DNA from: Octopus bimaculoides
Taxonomy: Eukaryota
Direction of reading: 5' to 3'
Assembly (NCBI RefSeq): GCF_001194135.2
Contig: NC_068983.1
Location: 167,962,514-168,026,513 of the forward strand
Length of the DNA: 64,000 nt
The position numbers and the translations under genes are program-made. Each line of letters begins with the position of its first letter. The first letter of the stretch is position 1. The notes under the pieces were generated by a model, which made no database searches, was not told the DNA's origin, and saw only the letters and a list, made by a program, of their open reading frames with translations. Shown here one piece after another: positions 26,296 to 39,425 of the stretch.

Positions 26296-28078
26296 ATGGT
26301 TGAGGAAAATACTTCAAGAGAAGCAAATAATAATAGAAAACTTGATTGTGTAGAGAAGACAAATAACAGTATTTTTGAAGGGAGCTATTTTTGTTATTCT
26401 CAACAAGGTTAACCATATCCAGCAGTTTGATGATTACCAATAACTGCCTGTTAGACAAGATAGTATATAACACTGTCTCTGCAGCTGGGAAAACTGTGAC
26501 AGAAAAAGAAGAAAAACAAAAAGAGGTGGAGAGAAACAAATGCAAATTGCAGCGCAGTGCATTTTACATGACACTCAAATAAGAATGGTTCATCAAGTAG
26601 ACTGAGCGAAAGAGAAAGAAAGCAAGATTACAACTGTTGCTATCGTAGCAATACAAAAGCCTGTTACCAAGGAGAATAGCTGCAAGCTGGCTGACGTACA
26701 GCCTGGAGTATTGATGAGGTGTAAACAATCTAATGTCCTCATAAAAGAGTTGACATATCATCTAGGAATGAATGGGAGATCCTATAAATTTCAGGAATGC
26801 ATTGTTAATATTACATCTTCAATTCCAACAACTCGGAATTTTATTAAACACAAGATTTTTAGAGACAATGTTCCACCACAAGAAAATTCATTATCCTTTT
26901 GTATCAATCTGCCCAACTTATACTGATTCTTTAGAAACAACTTAACATTGTATATAAAGAAAAAAAAAAAACTTTTTTAATAGAATAAGACACGCTTGAG
27001 TGACAACTTATTCTGCTGAAGCTAATTCTATAGAAAGTTTTAAACAATTGCGGCTGGAGATTGTGAGACAAATGTGAAGAATTTCTCATAGAATCTTAGC
27101 AAACATAGTATAACAAACACCAGTATATTACCATTTGGAAACTAAACCCTACGGTAACCAGGAATATTCTTTAGTTTACAATTGTAAAAGAAAACCCTGA
27201 CAGGATCTTTTATATGAAATCAGTTTGAAAATTATTGTTTCGTGTCCCAGTACATGACATCTTGGGATGACCAAAATCTTGTGAGTGTATTTGGTAGACA
27301 GATATCGAAATAAGTCCATCATGTGTATGTGTGTCTGTGAGTGTGTGTGTGTGTGTGTGCGCGCGCACACACACACACACACACTCAGACATTGTCATGA
27401 CATTATAGGATAATTATGAGTGCCACTGTCATAAGAGCAGTGTCATTTGTTTCCAACTTTCCATGAAAACTTAATGGGAAATATTTTGTTGTTTGGAAAC
27501 AAAAATGGATTGGTGACAAGGACATCCAACTGTAGAAAACCTGTCTTAATAAATTCTGTCTGACCCTTGCAAGCGGGGAAAAGTGGATAATAAAACAAGG
27601 ATAATTATGTCTAAGAAAATCAAAAAAAGGAATCAGAGCCAGTAAAGACGAAGGTAAACAATTGATGCATTGAATTATGGGTAGCCTGCATTGATTTCTA
27701 CAAATTCACTAATTATATTAGGGTTTAACTCACAACCTGAAAAATATTGTAATCGGTAGAACTGTATGCAAGTCTTATTTCATGAAGACAATTCGTGTAT
27801 AGTTCTGCAAATTATATTGATTCTAGAACGGTTGTGCTGATGAGAACTCTNNNNNNNNNNNNNNNNNNNNNNNNNNNNNNNNNNNNNNNNNNNNNNNNNN
27901 NNNNNNNNNNNNNNNNNNNNNNNNNNNNNNNNNNNNNNNNNNNNNNNNNNNNNNNNNNNNNNNNNNNNNNNNNNNNNNNNNNNNNNNNNNNNNNNTTGTA
28001 ATCGGTAGAACTGTATGCAAGTCTTATTTCATGAAGACAATTCGTGTATAGTTCTGCAAATTATATTGATTCTAGAAC

Positions 28079-28150
28079 GGTTGTGCTGATGAGAACTCTG
28101 ATGTTGTTACCTAAGTAAAACTTTAATGTTCGAAACCACGGTACACAACT
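28079..28150 (+). ncRNA. Type I hammerhead ribozyme motif with long loop II and short near-palindromic stem III
   Basis: GGTTGTG-CTGATGA-GAAC(31 nt)GTTC-GAAA-CCACGG-TA/CACAACT. Predicted cleavage after 28143. Confidence 0.8.
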
Positions 28151-28629
28151 CATTATTTTGTATATTTCTCATTTTGTCTTGTTTTGGTGTTTAGCAAAGT
28201 TTTTTCTGGAGAACATTATTTTTCTTTGTGGTTGGGTCGTTGATGACCTCTTTCTAGCATATTGGATGTCCACCTAGTGGTCATCCGTTATACACGTGTG
28301 ATACAATTTTTTCTGAATTTTCAGATTTTTTTATATGCTAGGATACTTGGTTTTAAATTGAATTAATATTCAATTTATCACCCTATATATATATATATAT
28401 AAATAATGATTTTAATAGCTATGTTCTCCAGCCGGCAACATATACCCATATATATATATATACATATATAAATACATATATACCCATACGTATACAACCA
28501 TATATATATATATACACACACACACACATATATATACCCATACATATACACTCCTACATATACACATATATACTCATATATATATATATATATATATATG
28601 CTCATACATATATATACTGAAATCTAGGT

Positions 28630-29290
28630 TTATGCATGGCACTTGTAGAAACACATCTCAGACCTGATGTAGGGAATGTAGAAATACAAATACCACAATG
28701 TGTTGTGATATGCTCAGACAGAAAGGAGAGGAGCCATGATGGAGTTGCTTTGCACATCCGAGAGGACCTCATACTCCAGGTCCTTCTGTCATATTCAAAT
28801 TTGGTTTGTGACACTCAAATTGTACACATAAGACAATTCTGCTATATGTACTACACATTGCCCACCAGATGCTCTCAGTCATACAGGCAAGTTTGAAAGC
28901 TGCCTAGCAAAGATAAGAGAAGTTCTCACGAAACTGGAACAACACATCAGTGCATTCCTTTTGGGTGACTTTAACTTCCCCAATGTAGGATGGCTTGGGG
29001 GCCAGATTCTCCCAGGAATGACACACCACCAACAAGCCCTAGCGGAGTCCCTGCTCCACATTACCTATGCTTCTTTCATGAAGGGAGCAAATTGTGCTAC
29101 AACCATCCAGAGCAAATAATATACTGAGTCTCTGCTTCACAAACAATATGGACATATCCATAATGTTAAAGTGACACTGATGCTGATCTCGGATCACAAC
29201 ATAATAGAACTATGGTCTATGTATGGACCAAAAGCTCCTGCAGACATACAGCCTATACAGGGCACCCAAAATCCCTCCAAACTAAATTTT
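28630..29290 (+). mobile_element. CR1-clade LINE APE endonuclease fragment
   Basis: ALVETHL...DRKERSHDGVALHIR, LLGDFNFPNVGW and ISDHNIIEL are APE motifs. Confidence 0.85.
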
Positions 29291-30403
29291 TCATAAAAAA
29301 TCTGCCTCAACGAATTCTATCAGGCACAAAGCCTGACATTTTGGGTGAAAGGGCTAGTTGGTTACTTCACTCAATATTCAACTGGTTCTTATTTTTATCA
29401 ACCCCAAAAGTATGAAAGGCAAAGGTAATCTTGCTGGAATCTATGTATGAATGAAATTCCAAGTGGTTTGTCAGGCGTGCTAATAATTCTGCTAGCCCCA
29501 CCACTTTCTTTATGACAATAATATTGGTTTCGAATTTTGCCAGTGGGTCAGCAACTTTGGTGGAGGGGGTAAGTCAATTATAACAACCTCAGTGCTCAAC
29601 TGGTACCTATTTGATCAACTCTGAGAGTATGAAAGGCAAAGTCGACCCCAGTGGCATTTGAACTCAGAACAAAGTCAGACAAAATGCTGCTAAGCATTTT
29701 GCTCGGTGCAGTAACAATTTTACCAGCTCACTGGCTTCTTTATGATAATAATATTAACTGATAAGATACTAATCTATTTTTAGCCTCATGGGAGGAGGAG
29801 GAGTTATCTTACTCTGATTTGACATTCACAATGGCCACTAACCAATAATTAATCTGATACTTCTAATTATTAGGCTATGAATGTCATATCTATGGTCCTA
29901 CATTGAAATAAATTACATACTACTAATCCTAATTACCTCACTGGCAAAAACTCTAAGCCAATTCCATGGTTTGACCTACAAGTTTTAAACTGTTCTAATT
30001 GGCCTTTCTTAACTCCTACATTAGATACAATTCATTGCACTAATACACCTGTTTTATTTATATATTTTTATATATTTTCTTCTTACTCTTTTTCTTTACT
30101 GCTGATGGCTTCTGAATTAAACTGCAGATCATTCTATCTTCTTGACTGCCTTAGGAACAGAAACCAAAAGGCATATATCTTGCCCATTACATTATTATTG
30201 TTATTGTTGTTATTATTATTATCATTTTTGAAAACTAACATCATATTAATGCCTGCCTTTCCATGCTTGCAAGGATCAGATGATGGAATTTGTTGAAGCA
30301 AATTTTCTATAACCAAATGCTCTTCCTATTACCAACCCCCACTTGTTTGTAAGCAAGGTAATATTTCCCCATGGCCAGACATGTTTTTGCAGAATATTGG
30401 AAA

Positions 30404-32013
30404 CTAGCAGAAATACCCGGCGTTGCCCGGGTTAAAGAGAATAATGAAATCTAAAAACGCCGTCTAGACTACGCATCATCTTTATATATAGAGATGTATA
30501 TACACACACGCACCCAAACACACGTATATATATATGTATATCAATATAAATATATGAAAGTCAATGAAGTTTCGTAAAAGAAGGTGATCATGTACATACT
30601 TTCTTGCTGTTGTGATTATAACACCTCATTGTAAACTATGTTCCTTGTTTTCCCTTGTGGAGCATATACAAATAGGTTTTTTGTTGCTGCCCACTCTTGA
30701 GCAGCCAACATACAGTTGTCCATGTGAGAAGCAGGGCTCTTCCAAGAGAAGACCNNNNNNNNNNNNNNNNNNNNNNNNNNNNNNNNNNNNNNNNNNNNNN
30801 NNNNNNNNNNNNNNNNNNNNNNNNNNNNNNNNNNNNNNNNNNNNNNNNNNNNNNNNNNNNNNNNNNNNNNNNNNNNNNNNNNNNNNNNNNNNNNNNNNNN
30901 NNNNNNNNNNNNNNNNNNNNNNNNNNNNNNNNNNNNNNNNNNNNNNNNNNNNNNNNNNNNNNNNNNNNNNNNNNNNNNNNNNNNNNNNNNNNNNNNNNNN
31001 NNNNNNNNNNNNNNNNNNNNNNNNNNNNNNNNNNNNNNNNNNNNNNNNNNNNNNNNNNNNNNNNNNNNNNNNNNNNNNNNNNNNNNNNNNNNNNNNNNNN
31101 NNNNNNNNNNNNNNNNNNNNNNNNNNNNNNNNNNNNNNNNNNNNNNNNNNNNNNNNNNNNNNNNNNNNNNNNNNNNNNNNNNNNNNNNNNNNNNNNNNNN
31201 NNNNNNNNNNNNNNNNNNNNNNNNNNNNNNNNNNNNNNNNNNNNNNNNNNNNNNNNNNNNNNNNNNNNNNNNNNNNNNNNNNNNNNNNNNNNNNNNNNNN
31301 NNNNNNNNNNNNNNNNNNNNNNNNNNNNNNNNNNNNNNNNNNNNNNNNNNNNNNNNNNNNNNNNNNNNNNNNNNNNNNNNNNNNNNNNNNNNNNNNNNNN
31401 NNNNNNNNNNNNNNNNNNNNNNNNNNNNNNNNNNNNNNNNNNNNNNNNNNNNNNNNNNNNNNNNNNNNNNNNNNNNNNNNNNNNNNNNNNNNNNNNNNNN
31501 NNNNNNNNNNNNNNNNNNNNNNNNNNNNNNNNNNNNNNNNNNNNNNNNNNNNNNNNNNNNNNNNNNNNNNNNNNNNNNNNNNNNNNNNNNNNNNNNNNNN
31601 NNNNNNNNNNNNNNNNNNNNNNNNNACATGTATATGTATACATATACATCTCTCTCTCTCTCTCTTTCTGTCTCTCTTTCTCTCTCTGTGAAAGTATCTG
31701 TCACTACAGTATCGAAATGTGATTGTTTCAGTTAGTGGAATAGTTTCATTTTTAAAGTGAAAGTATTCGACATGAGTGTTTTTGTTTCACTTTTGACACG
31801 TAATACTTAAATAGTGGAGGAGATATTATGTTGCTGTGTGCTCGAACTCTGCAAGAAGTTAATAATTTTTTTTGACTAAAACACAACTGGAACCCTAAGT
31901 AAGGCATGTGTAAAATTTGAATGAAATTGGTTGCGTAGTTCTCGAGTTTTAGGGATTCACACAGACAGACAGACAGACAGACAGACACACATTCTCATTT
32001 TTATATATATAGA
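30404..32013 (-). mobile_element. Non-autonomous Helitron with PIF1 helicase C-terminal remnant
   Basis: Minus strand A|TCTATATATATAAAAATGAGAATG-(GTCT)n ... CCCGGGCAACGCCGGG hairpin ...CTAG|T with no TSD. 30616-30754 encodes GLLLEEPCFSHGQLYVGCSRVG / KNLFVYAPQGKTRNIVYNEVL* with one frameshift. It splits a host repeat whose halves rejoin as ggaaa|tgattgacactgc. Includes an N gap. Confidence 0.92.
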
Positions 32014-32079
32014 TGATTGACACTGCTTGTATAAAAGTGACATTCATTTACAACCACCACACAATGTCAAGACAGACAC

Positions 32080-32117
<38 letters not shown>

Positions 32118-34214
32118 CCTTCAATTTCTATTTACCAAATTCACCCAGAAAGCATTGGTTGGTCCAAAGTTATAATAGAAGACATTTTGCCCAAGGTGCC
32201 TCACAATAAGACTGAAATTACCATTTTTCAGAGTGTTTGCTCCACACAAATTCTCGATTGGAAAACTTCCCTTATTTTGTTAATCTTGCCTGTACCTCCT
32301 GTTTTTTTTTTTCTTTCCTTTTATCTTGTATTCTCATATTTTGGTTTATTCCTATCAACAGTCTACTCCAGTTGCATTCTTAATATTTTCAAGAAGTCTT
32401 GACTGAATTTCTCAAAGACATGCCAGACCAGGTTGAAAGGATGCCAAACTACCAACCAACCGACCGACCCAAAAAGCTCAAGAACTAAAGCCCAAACCTA
32501 CACTAAACCATACCACTGACTTAGTCATCTTATTAGCAACATTGTTATTGCTTTGAGTCAGCTCTGATTGAGCAGAAGTATGATCAAAGGTGATTATCTA
32601 GTATTACACGTAGACAGAGCTTCAAGGACTACATTATTGAATGTGTTGGAGCATGAATTGAATTGAAATTTGGCTTCTATATCTAGAGATTAAGCAACTG
32701 CATTGACAATCCCTCATCAGTTTGTGAGCAGCACTCTAAGTGATTTGCAGTCTTGAAGTTCTGATTTATATCTCGTATGAATTTGAGCAATGATCTGCAA
32801 GTAGCTAACACACTTCACCATTATGTACACTGGTGCATATGTGAATAGGTGAGTGTACAAATATTAGAGCTTTATGTGAGCTTGCTCCTGCTTACAAGTG
32901 TTACAATGTGTGTGTGCGTGCATATTTAAATGCAGGTACATGTTTCAGAATGTGTACACATTTTAGAGTATGTTCAAAAGCTAGAGCAAGTGTATGAGCA
33001 TGAGTCCATGAATGAATGCAAGCTTGCATGTTTGTGTGAAAGAGACACAGGGAGTGCAAAATAGGTTATATGCTGCAGGTCCCTCACCTACGTGTGTGTA
33101 GAAAAGAGTCAACATGATGATGACTGTTATAAATATCTGTATTTATGGCTGAATGACAAAAGAGATGACTGGTTGCATAAACAGACATAGATTTCATAAT
33201 AGGTTTTATAGAAATATAAAAGAAGAAAACAAACAAATAGAACTTTATGAGTGTTCCAGAAACATGCTATTTATTCATGAAGATAACAACCAATATAATC
33301 GTATCTGATTAGAATAAACAAGATATTTTATTTACGTAAAGAAGGAACTGTAGCTATGAAACGAGATTGTGAGATATAAAAATATTTTAAATAAATATGA
33401 AGCCACCACACCAAATATGTTTTCCTGCAAATGAGACAGGAAAATCATTTTCACAGTTTCACGTGTTATGTTCAGAGTTTCTAATAAACTTCAAAACGAT
33501 GGAGAATAGCAACGACCTTCATCTGACAGGGAATGGAAATCAATAACCATTATAAGACAACCTTAAAATGATAGGGAATAAGGATAGCATGGAAAAAGAA
33601 GGTTCTTTTGGTGCAGCTGTCAACAATAAACATCTGGTCCTTAAGATTTTGATGTGATTCATTCACTGAGGCTCAAGTTGATATGGAATAGAGAAAGTAC
33701 TCCAAAACATGGAACAATATACATCATATATATATATATATATATATATATNNNNNNNNNNNNNNNNNNNNNNNNNNNNNNNNNNNNNNNNNNNNNNNNN
33801 NNNNNNNNNNNNNNNNNNNNNNNNNNNNNNNNNNNNNNNNNNNNNNNNNNNATATATATATATACTCATCAAGCCAAGTGAAATTGTCATTGTGGCTATT
33901 GACATTGACATGTAAATGGCACCTGTGAAACCGTAGTCATGGCCATTGCCAGTGCCCTGCAAATGACACCCATGCTGGTGGCATATAAAAAACACCCATT
34001 ACACACTTGGAGTGGTTGCCATTAGGAAGGGTGTCCAACCATAGAAACCATGCCAAATCAGACTGGAACCTGGTGCAGCCCTCTGGCTTACCAGTTCCAG
34101 TCAAACCAACTAACCCATGCCAGCATGGATGCAGATGTTAAATGATGAAGATATATATTCTTTTATACGTTTCAGTTCTAAGATTGTGACCATACTGGAG
34201 CACCACCAATGTAA

Positions 34215-36716
34215 TCACTTTTCAATGGCCAATTTTATTTGATTGGCTTTTGGTGAAGGAAGGGGTTTGACACTGCTGCCCTCTTTTGAGTCTCTTGTCT
34301 CGATATAGGTTCATCTGGGACCTTGGATAGCAGAAGGTCAAGTTCTTTCTTGAAAACATCTATCCCTATTCCATAAAAATCCCTCAGATGTTTTGGAAAA
34401 GCATTAAGTAGTAGTGGGTCCTTGAATCCCAAGCTATTGCAGTACATGGGCTTCACATGGATAGTTGAGACCGTTGGACAGTGCAGTAATGTCCAATTCA
34501 GGGTCCGATATAGCTCTTGATAGCAAAGTTTGGTGCCAACCCTTCCAGGATCTTCCCTACATACATCACTGCATACCTCTCCCATCTTTGTTCCAGGGAG
34601 GTGAATAGTAGCTCTTCCAGTCTCTCCCAGTAGCACAGCTGTTCTATCAATGCAATCTTCCTGGTGTAACACTGCTGAACTATTTCAAGTTCTGTAGGGT
34701 GACCACAGTTGAGAGCAGTAATCCAGATGGCTGAGTACAAATGTCCTTCATAGAACTAGCATAGTGACCTGGTCCCTTATTCTGAAGGTTCTCAGAATTC
34801 ATCCAGCCATTTGCCTGCATACTGTCACTATCTTGGTGGCATGTGAAATGAGGCATCGTTGTTCATATCAATCCCCAGAAAACACACTGTACATGACTCT
34901 GGAATTACTTTTGGTCCAAAGTATTACTGTTGCAGCTCGTGAGCACCTATTAGCTGGTAGTGGAGGGCTTGGAGTTTACCTACATTAAATTGCATGTTGT
35001 TTTCTTCACCCCATTTATATATGGCATCTGGGTCTTTCTGTAGAAGATTAACACCAGAAGGTTCCTTGACTGCTTGTACTACTTTTGTATCCTCAGCAGA
35101 GCTAGTTAGTGCAGCTGTCTAACTGATGGCACATCTGAAAGAGCCACCATGAACAACAGTAGCCCCAATACATTTACCTAAGGCACTCCACTCTCCATTA
35201 CTGTCTCCCTGGAGACGGCCCCATTGCTTCCACAACCAGTTCCCCAGCTTCCCAGCTGTGCCAAGTTCCCATGATCCACCTGAAAGGCCTTTGCAAAATG
35301 CAGATATAGTACATCCACGTTTGAGCAATTCATTTGTTGTTTCAACACCCAGTCATAATACTGCAAACACCGTGTAAGGCAGCTTCTTCCTGAGTGGAAG
35401 CCATGCTGGGTGTCAGGGAGCAAGTCATTATCTTCAAGGAATGCAATCAGTTTCCTCCTGACAATGACTTTGCTGACATGGAAGGTTAAAGAGACAGGTC
35501 TATCATTTTTAGCATCTGCTCTCACATATTATGCCATCCTTTAACTTTTTGGAAAGTCTCACAGTTGCAAGGGAGCTCTGGATGAGAATCTGAAGTGGTC
35601 TTTTGCATGTCTTTAGGAGAGTTGCTGAGAATCCATCAGGGCTTACGGCTGAGTTTGAACTCATTTCATCAATGGCAGATATTACATCTGTTTCCTCTAT
35701 TCTGATGCTATCAATAATCGCCATTCTTTGTGTAGAGATGTGGTGCCAAAGAACTTATCAGCATAGCTACTTGCAAGTGCGCCATTGAAATGGTGAAAAC
35801 ACTCTTGTATTGCAAATTCTGTATTTCACTGATCCTCCNNNNNNNNNNNNNNNNNNNNNNNNNNNNNNNNNNNNNNNGAGTCTGCAGTTGGTTGGCAAGC
35901 CATTTTCTTTGAACAGTGCCCTATCTTGTACTGTACTGAAGCAGACTCTTTTGCATGGTTCGTCTTAATATTTTGGACAGTTCTGGCTTCCTTTTCTGCC
36001 CTCTCCTTTTCATGGCAGTGTTTGAGTTCATTTTCTATCTCGAGCAATGTTTGTTTGAGATGGGATTGTTTGTTATCCTTTAGTGGCCCATTTAGATGGT
36101 TTCAGATTTTTGCTTGTTGTCTCATTAGAATCCTCCTAGCCCAGGGAATTATATTTTTCTGTTGGTTTGGCATTCTCTCTGAAGCACAACTTACTGCAAA
36201 TGTCATCATGCATGATTATCATACAGTGCTGCAGCTTTATGTCAACATCTTGCATTGAGAGATTGATTGGCCAGTTTTGTTTCGTGACCTCTTTCTCAAT
36301 ATCTTTCCAGTCAGCTTTGGGAAGGCTCAGGCTGAAGAGGAGTTGGGTGATTCTAGTAGCCTGCATGTCTGTAGTTTTCTGCAGGCAATACAATGATTGT
36401 TCTATTAAGTTATGGTCTGAGAAAATTGCTGGTGTCACCTTAACATTATAGATGAGTGCAGCATTATTTGTAAAGCAGAGGCTCACATCTTCAAAGCTAA
36501 TAAACACATTCCATCTTCTGGCCCACAGGTGTGCTGTCTTCTTTCTCTCCCCGTCTTTTCTATCATTACAACAGTGGCCTCTGCTCATTGCAGTTAGGTG
36601 ATCTCATACCACCATTACTCAGGTACCCTCAACCTACATCTCTCATCGCCTTTGCTGTAGCCAGCCTCTTTCCCATCAACAATCTTCCTGCTCATGTCTT
36701 TCCTGCAACAGTTTAA
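34215..36716 (-). mobile_element. Decayed CR1-clade LINE ORF2 (APE end, RT and C-terminus)
   Basis: IFSDHNLIE; DRPVSLTFHVSKV...QHGFHSGRSCLT...LYLHFAKAF; YSAIWI...LEIVQQCYTRKI; YWERLEEL...LEQRWERY. Confidence 0.9.
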
Positions 36717-36967
36717 ATGGAATATTTAAAAGCATTAATCCCATCAGTCTTAGAGAACCTGCAAAACTCATGGGCACTGCCCCGTCCTCCAGACTCAGTA
36801 AAGAAAAATTGAACCCACATTCATTGATTCCAGATGAGAGTGCAATCTGAAAGTATAGCCTTATTAATGTAAAAACACACTCAAACTAATGAAAAGAGTT
36901 TTATTTATTTATATAAATACTACACATTATTCTTGTTCTCAATGTGTAGCTGAAAGACCTAACCCAC

Positions 36968-37042
36968 CTTCTACCCCTGCAGGGAAATATTCGTTCCAAG
37001 TGACTCCTGAAAGCCTTACATAATGGCTAACAGCTTTAAAAT
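36968..37042 (-). CDS. DENND5: Candidate 75-nt phase 1/1 cassette exon of DENND5, upstream of the 14080 exon
   Basis: Acceptor ttttttgttttttttag|AT and donor AAG|gtgggt. Length is divisible by 3. It is open in the required frame, (D)FKAVSHYVRLSGVTWNEYFPAGVE|G, and joins GDNLHC. It sits in a non-repetitive island and resembles the short vertebrate DENND5A exon ALCQYIQ...TTE|G (recalled). Confidence 0.6.
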
Positions 37043-37368
37043 CTAAAAAAAAACAAAAAACAACCATATGCTAATAATATACATCTGGTTTTCCCAGTTA
37101 GCAAATGAAGGAAAATCACAATAATCAATACATACAATTGTTAATAAAACAAATGTTGATAAAGGATCGATAAGCTGTTCCACTTTTACTTTTGAGACAA
37201 CATATTTTTCATATTCTCAATCCTGTCCAACAGTTCTATGAAGGACAAACCAATTTCCATTCTATATTGAATTGTACTTCGGAGAGAGTTCACTTTGTAG
37301 GAAATCAAATGTGTAATTCTGTTTTAATGAATTGTGAAATTCATATTGACAGATGTGTGTGTGTTAGA

Positions 37369-37404
<36 letters not shown>

Positions 37405-39425
37405 GATAATTTCCAAGGCAGTGAACTGACAGAGTCATAAACACACCAGACAAAATGGCGTTCAGTCTGTGTTTACAGGAGATTAAATTCTGCCAAGGTA
37501 GACTTTGCCTTTCATCCTTTCAGGGTTGGTCAAATAAGAATCAGTTCAGTACTGGGGTCGAAGTATTCGACTTATCCTCTCCCCCGAAATTACTGGCCTT
37601 GTGCCAAAATTTGAAACCATTATTGTAATAATTTCCTAGAAATTAGAAATAACAAAATGAAATGCTATACTTTTAAAAGATAAGGAAAAGGTTTCTTCTA
37701 AAAAATCATAACCTGAGAGAAACCAATTCAACTCTGCAAACATTTAGTCTGCCATATTGATATTATCTCTGTTATGAACCTTTAACACTCCCAAGAACAC
37801 ATCCAGTCACACCATTTCTCTGTCATTCACCTTCCTGTGACTTGAGCGCATACCCTGGAGCATCTTCACTACCATCTTTCTCTTCCAACTGGGGTAGCCA
37901 TGAATCACCCCCACAGCAAGACACCTGTTTCTGACCCTGTATTACACTTTAATCTCTCGTCACCTGGCATAAACCACTTCCCTGAATACTAGTTCTCCTT
38001 CATTTGAGAAAGGTCTTGTCATACACATCAACTGGTGACCACAGTGGTGCTGGTGCCAAATAAAAAGCACCCAGTGCACTCTGTAAAGAGGTGGGTGCGA
38101 CAAAAGAAAGGCATCTAGTCATAGAAACCATGCCAAAGCAGACACTGGAGCTTGATCCAGTTCTCTTGTTCGCAAGAGTTTCTCAAACCATCCGACCAAT
38201 GCCAGAATGGAAAATGGACATCATGATGATGATGATGGCACTTATAGATATTGTTATCTAGTTTTCTATACTGATGTTATTAGAAAACTAAAGAACAGGT
38301 TTTCAATATTTATGAACAATTTGTTAGATTTTCAATATTTATTAATGATTTGATTTTCAATAGAAAATCTAGATTTTCAATATTTATAAATAATTTGATT
38401 GTTGATAGAAAATTTTCAAATAATGTTTCTGCAAACAAAATGTTTTTTTGTGTTCTGCTTTTTCTTTAAAAATAAAAGTGGATTAAAATTTTGAAATATT
38501 TTAACCAACAATTTTGTCCAAACTGGTTTAGGTTGGAATCTCTATTCCTCAGAATATCAGCAGTCAGATCATAAGTATGCTTTTAAGAAATTCTCTGTAA
38601 ATTATGCTAAACAATTTTCTTCAAAAACTGTTTCTAGTCTCCCAAACAACAGTTCCAGATTCCCAAACTCTTTATTGTTAGGAGGATTCGAGAAAGAAAG
38701 AAATGTTTGATAGAGAGACATGGAATAATTACCACTTCAGCTACATGACTCAACTTTCTAATTTCACAACTGACTCGAGTTTTGACTCTACACACTTTGC
38801 AGCACATTTTCTCAAATTATATTTACTAATTAGAGTTTACAAAAGGTCATAGCCCCTACCCCCACCCCCACCCATAAAAAAAACCCACATACTCTCCGAT
38901 ATATCTGTTTAGACATATATATATGTGTAGGGGGGAGACTAGCCACAGTGACAGTTCAGAAAAGAGAATGGCTCAGACTGTGTCGACGATAGTTTTGAAG
39001 TGAGAGGAATGCAAGAACCAAGATTTGCATGCATTAAAGTCTGCCAAGATGATGAGTTCAGAGGATTGAGAGATATAACAGAGGACTTCAATATAGGAGT
39101 TGCTTAAACACCTGCTGGTAAGAGAACAATAAAACGGCAAAGATAGCAAATGAATTGAGAGAAACAAAAAAAAAAGACTTTGTGTAAGAGCAACTGAAAG
39201 ATTGGTGAATCAGAATAAAAGTGTCAGAGCAGAATTAAGCAGTTGCTTGCAAATGTCTGTTCACGACTATTTTAGGTGTCACCATACCGTGACAGTTCCA
39301 AGGGATAGAGTGTTTACAGGGACACAACACTAAAAGGTTAGGATAAAACTATTAAACCTGATAAGCTGCTGGTATAGCACCTACATCCAGGATGAGTTAT
39401 ACCCATAAATCAGGCCAATTAGATT

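Noticed and set aside
27734-27736. Possible 3-nt microexon (ttttcag|GTT|gtgagt) that would create an in-frame TGA in DENND5
   Set aside because: Lies in probable Penelope-derived sequence and such short matches arise by chance. No independent support.
30612-31722. Four 337-362 aa ORFs (also 44483-45532)
   Set aside because: Almost entirely N-gap X residues. The only real coding signal is the Helitron helicase tail.
38300-38420. Degenerate gattttcaatattta repeats
   Set aside because: Low-complexity AT-rich slippage with no further structure.
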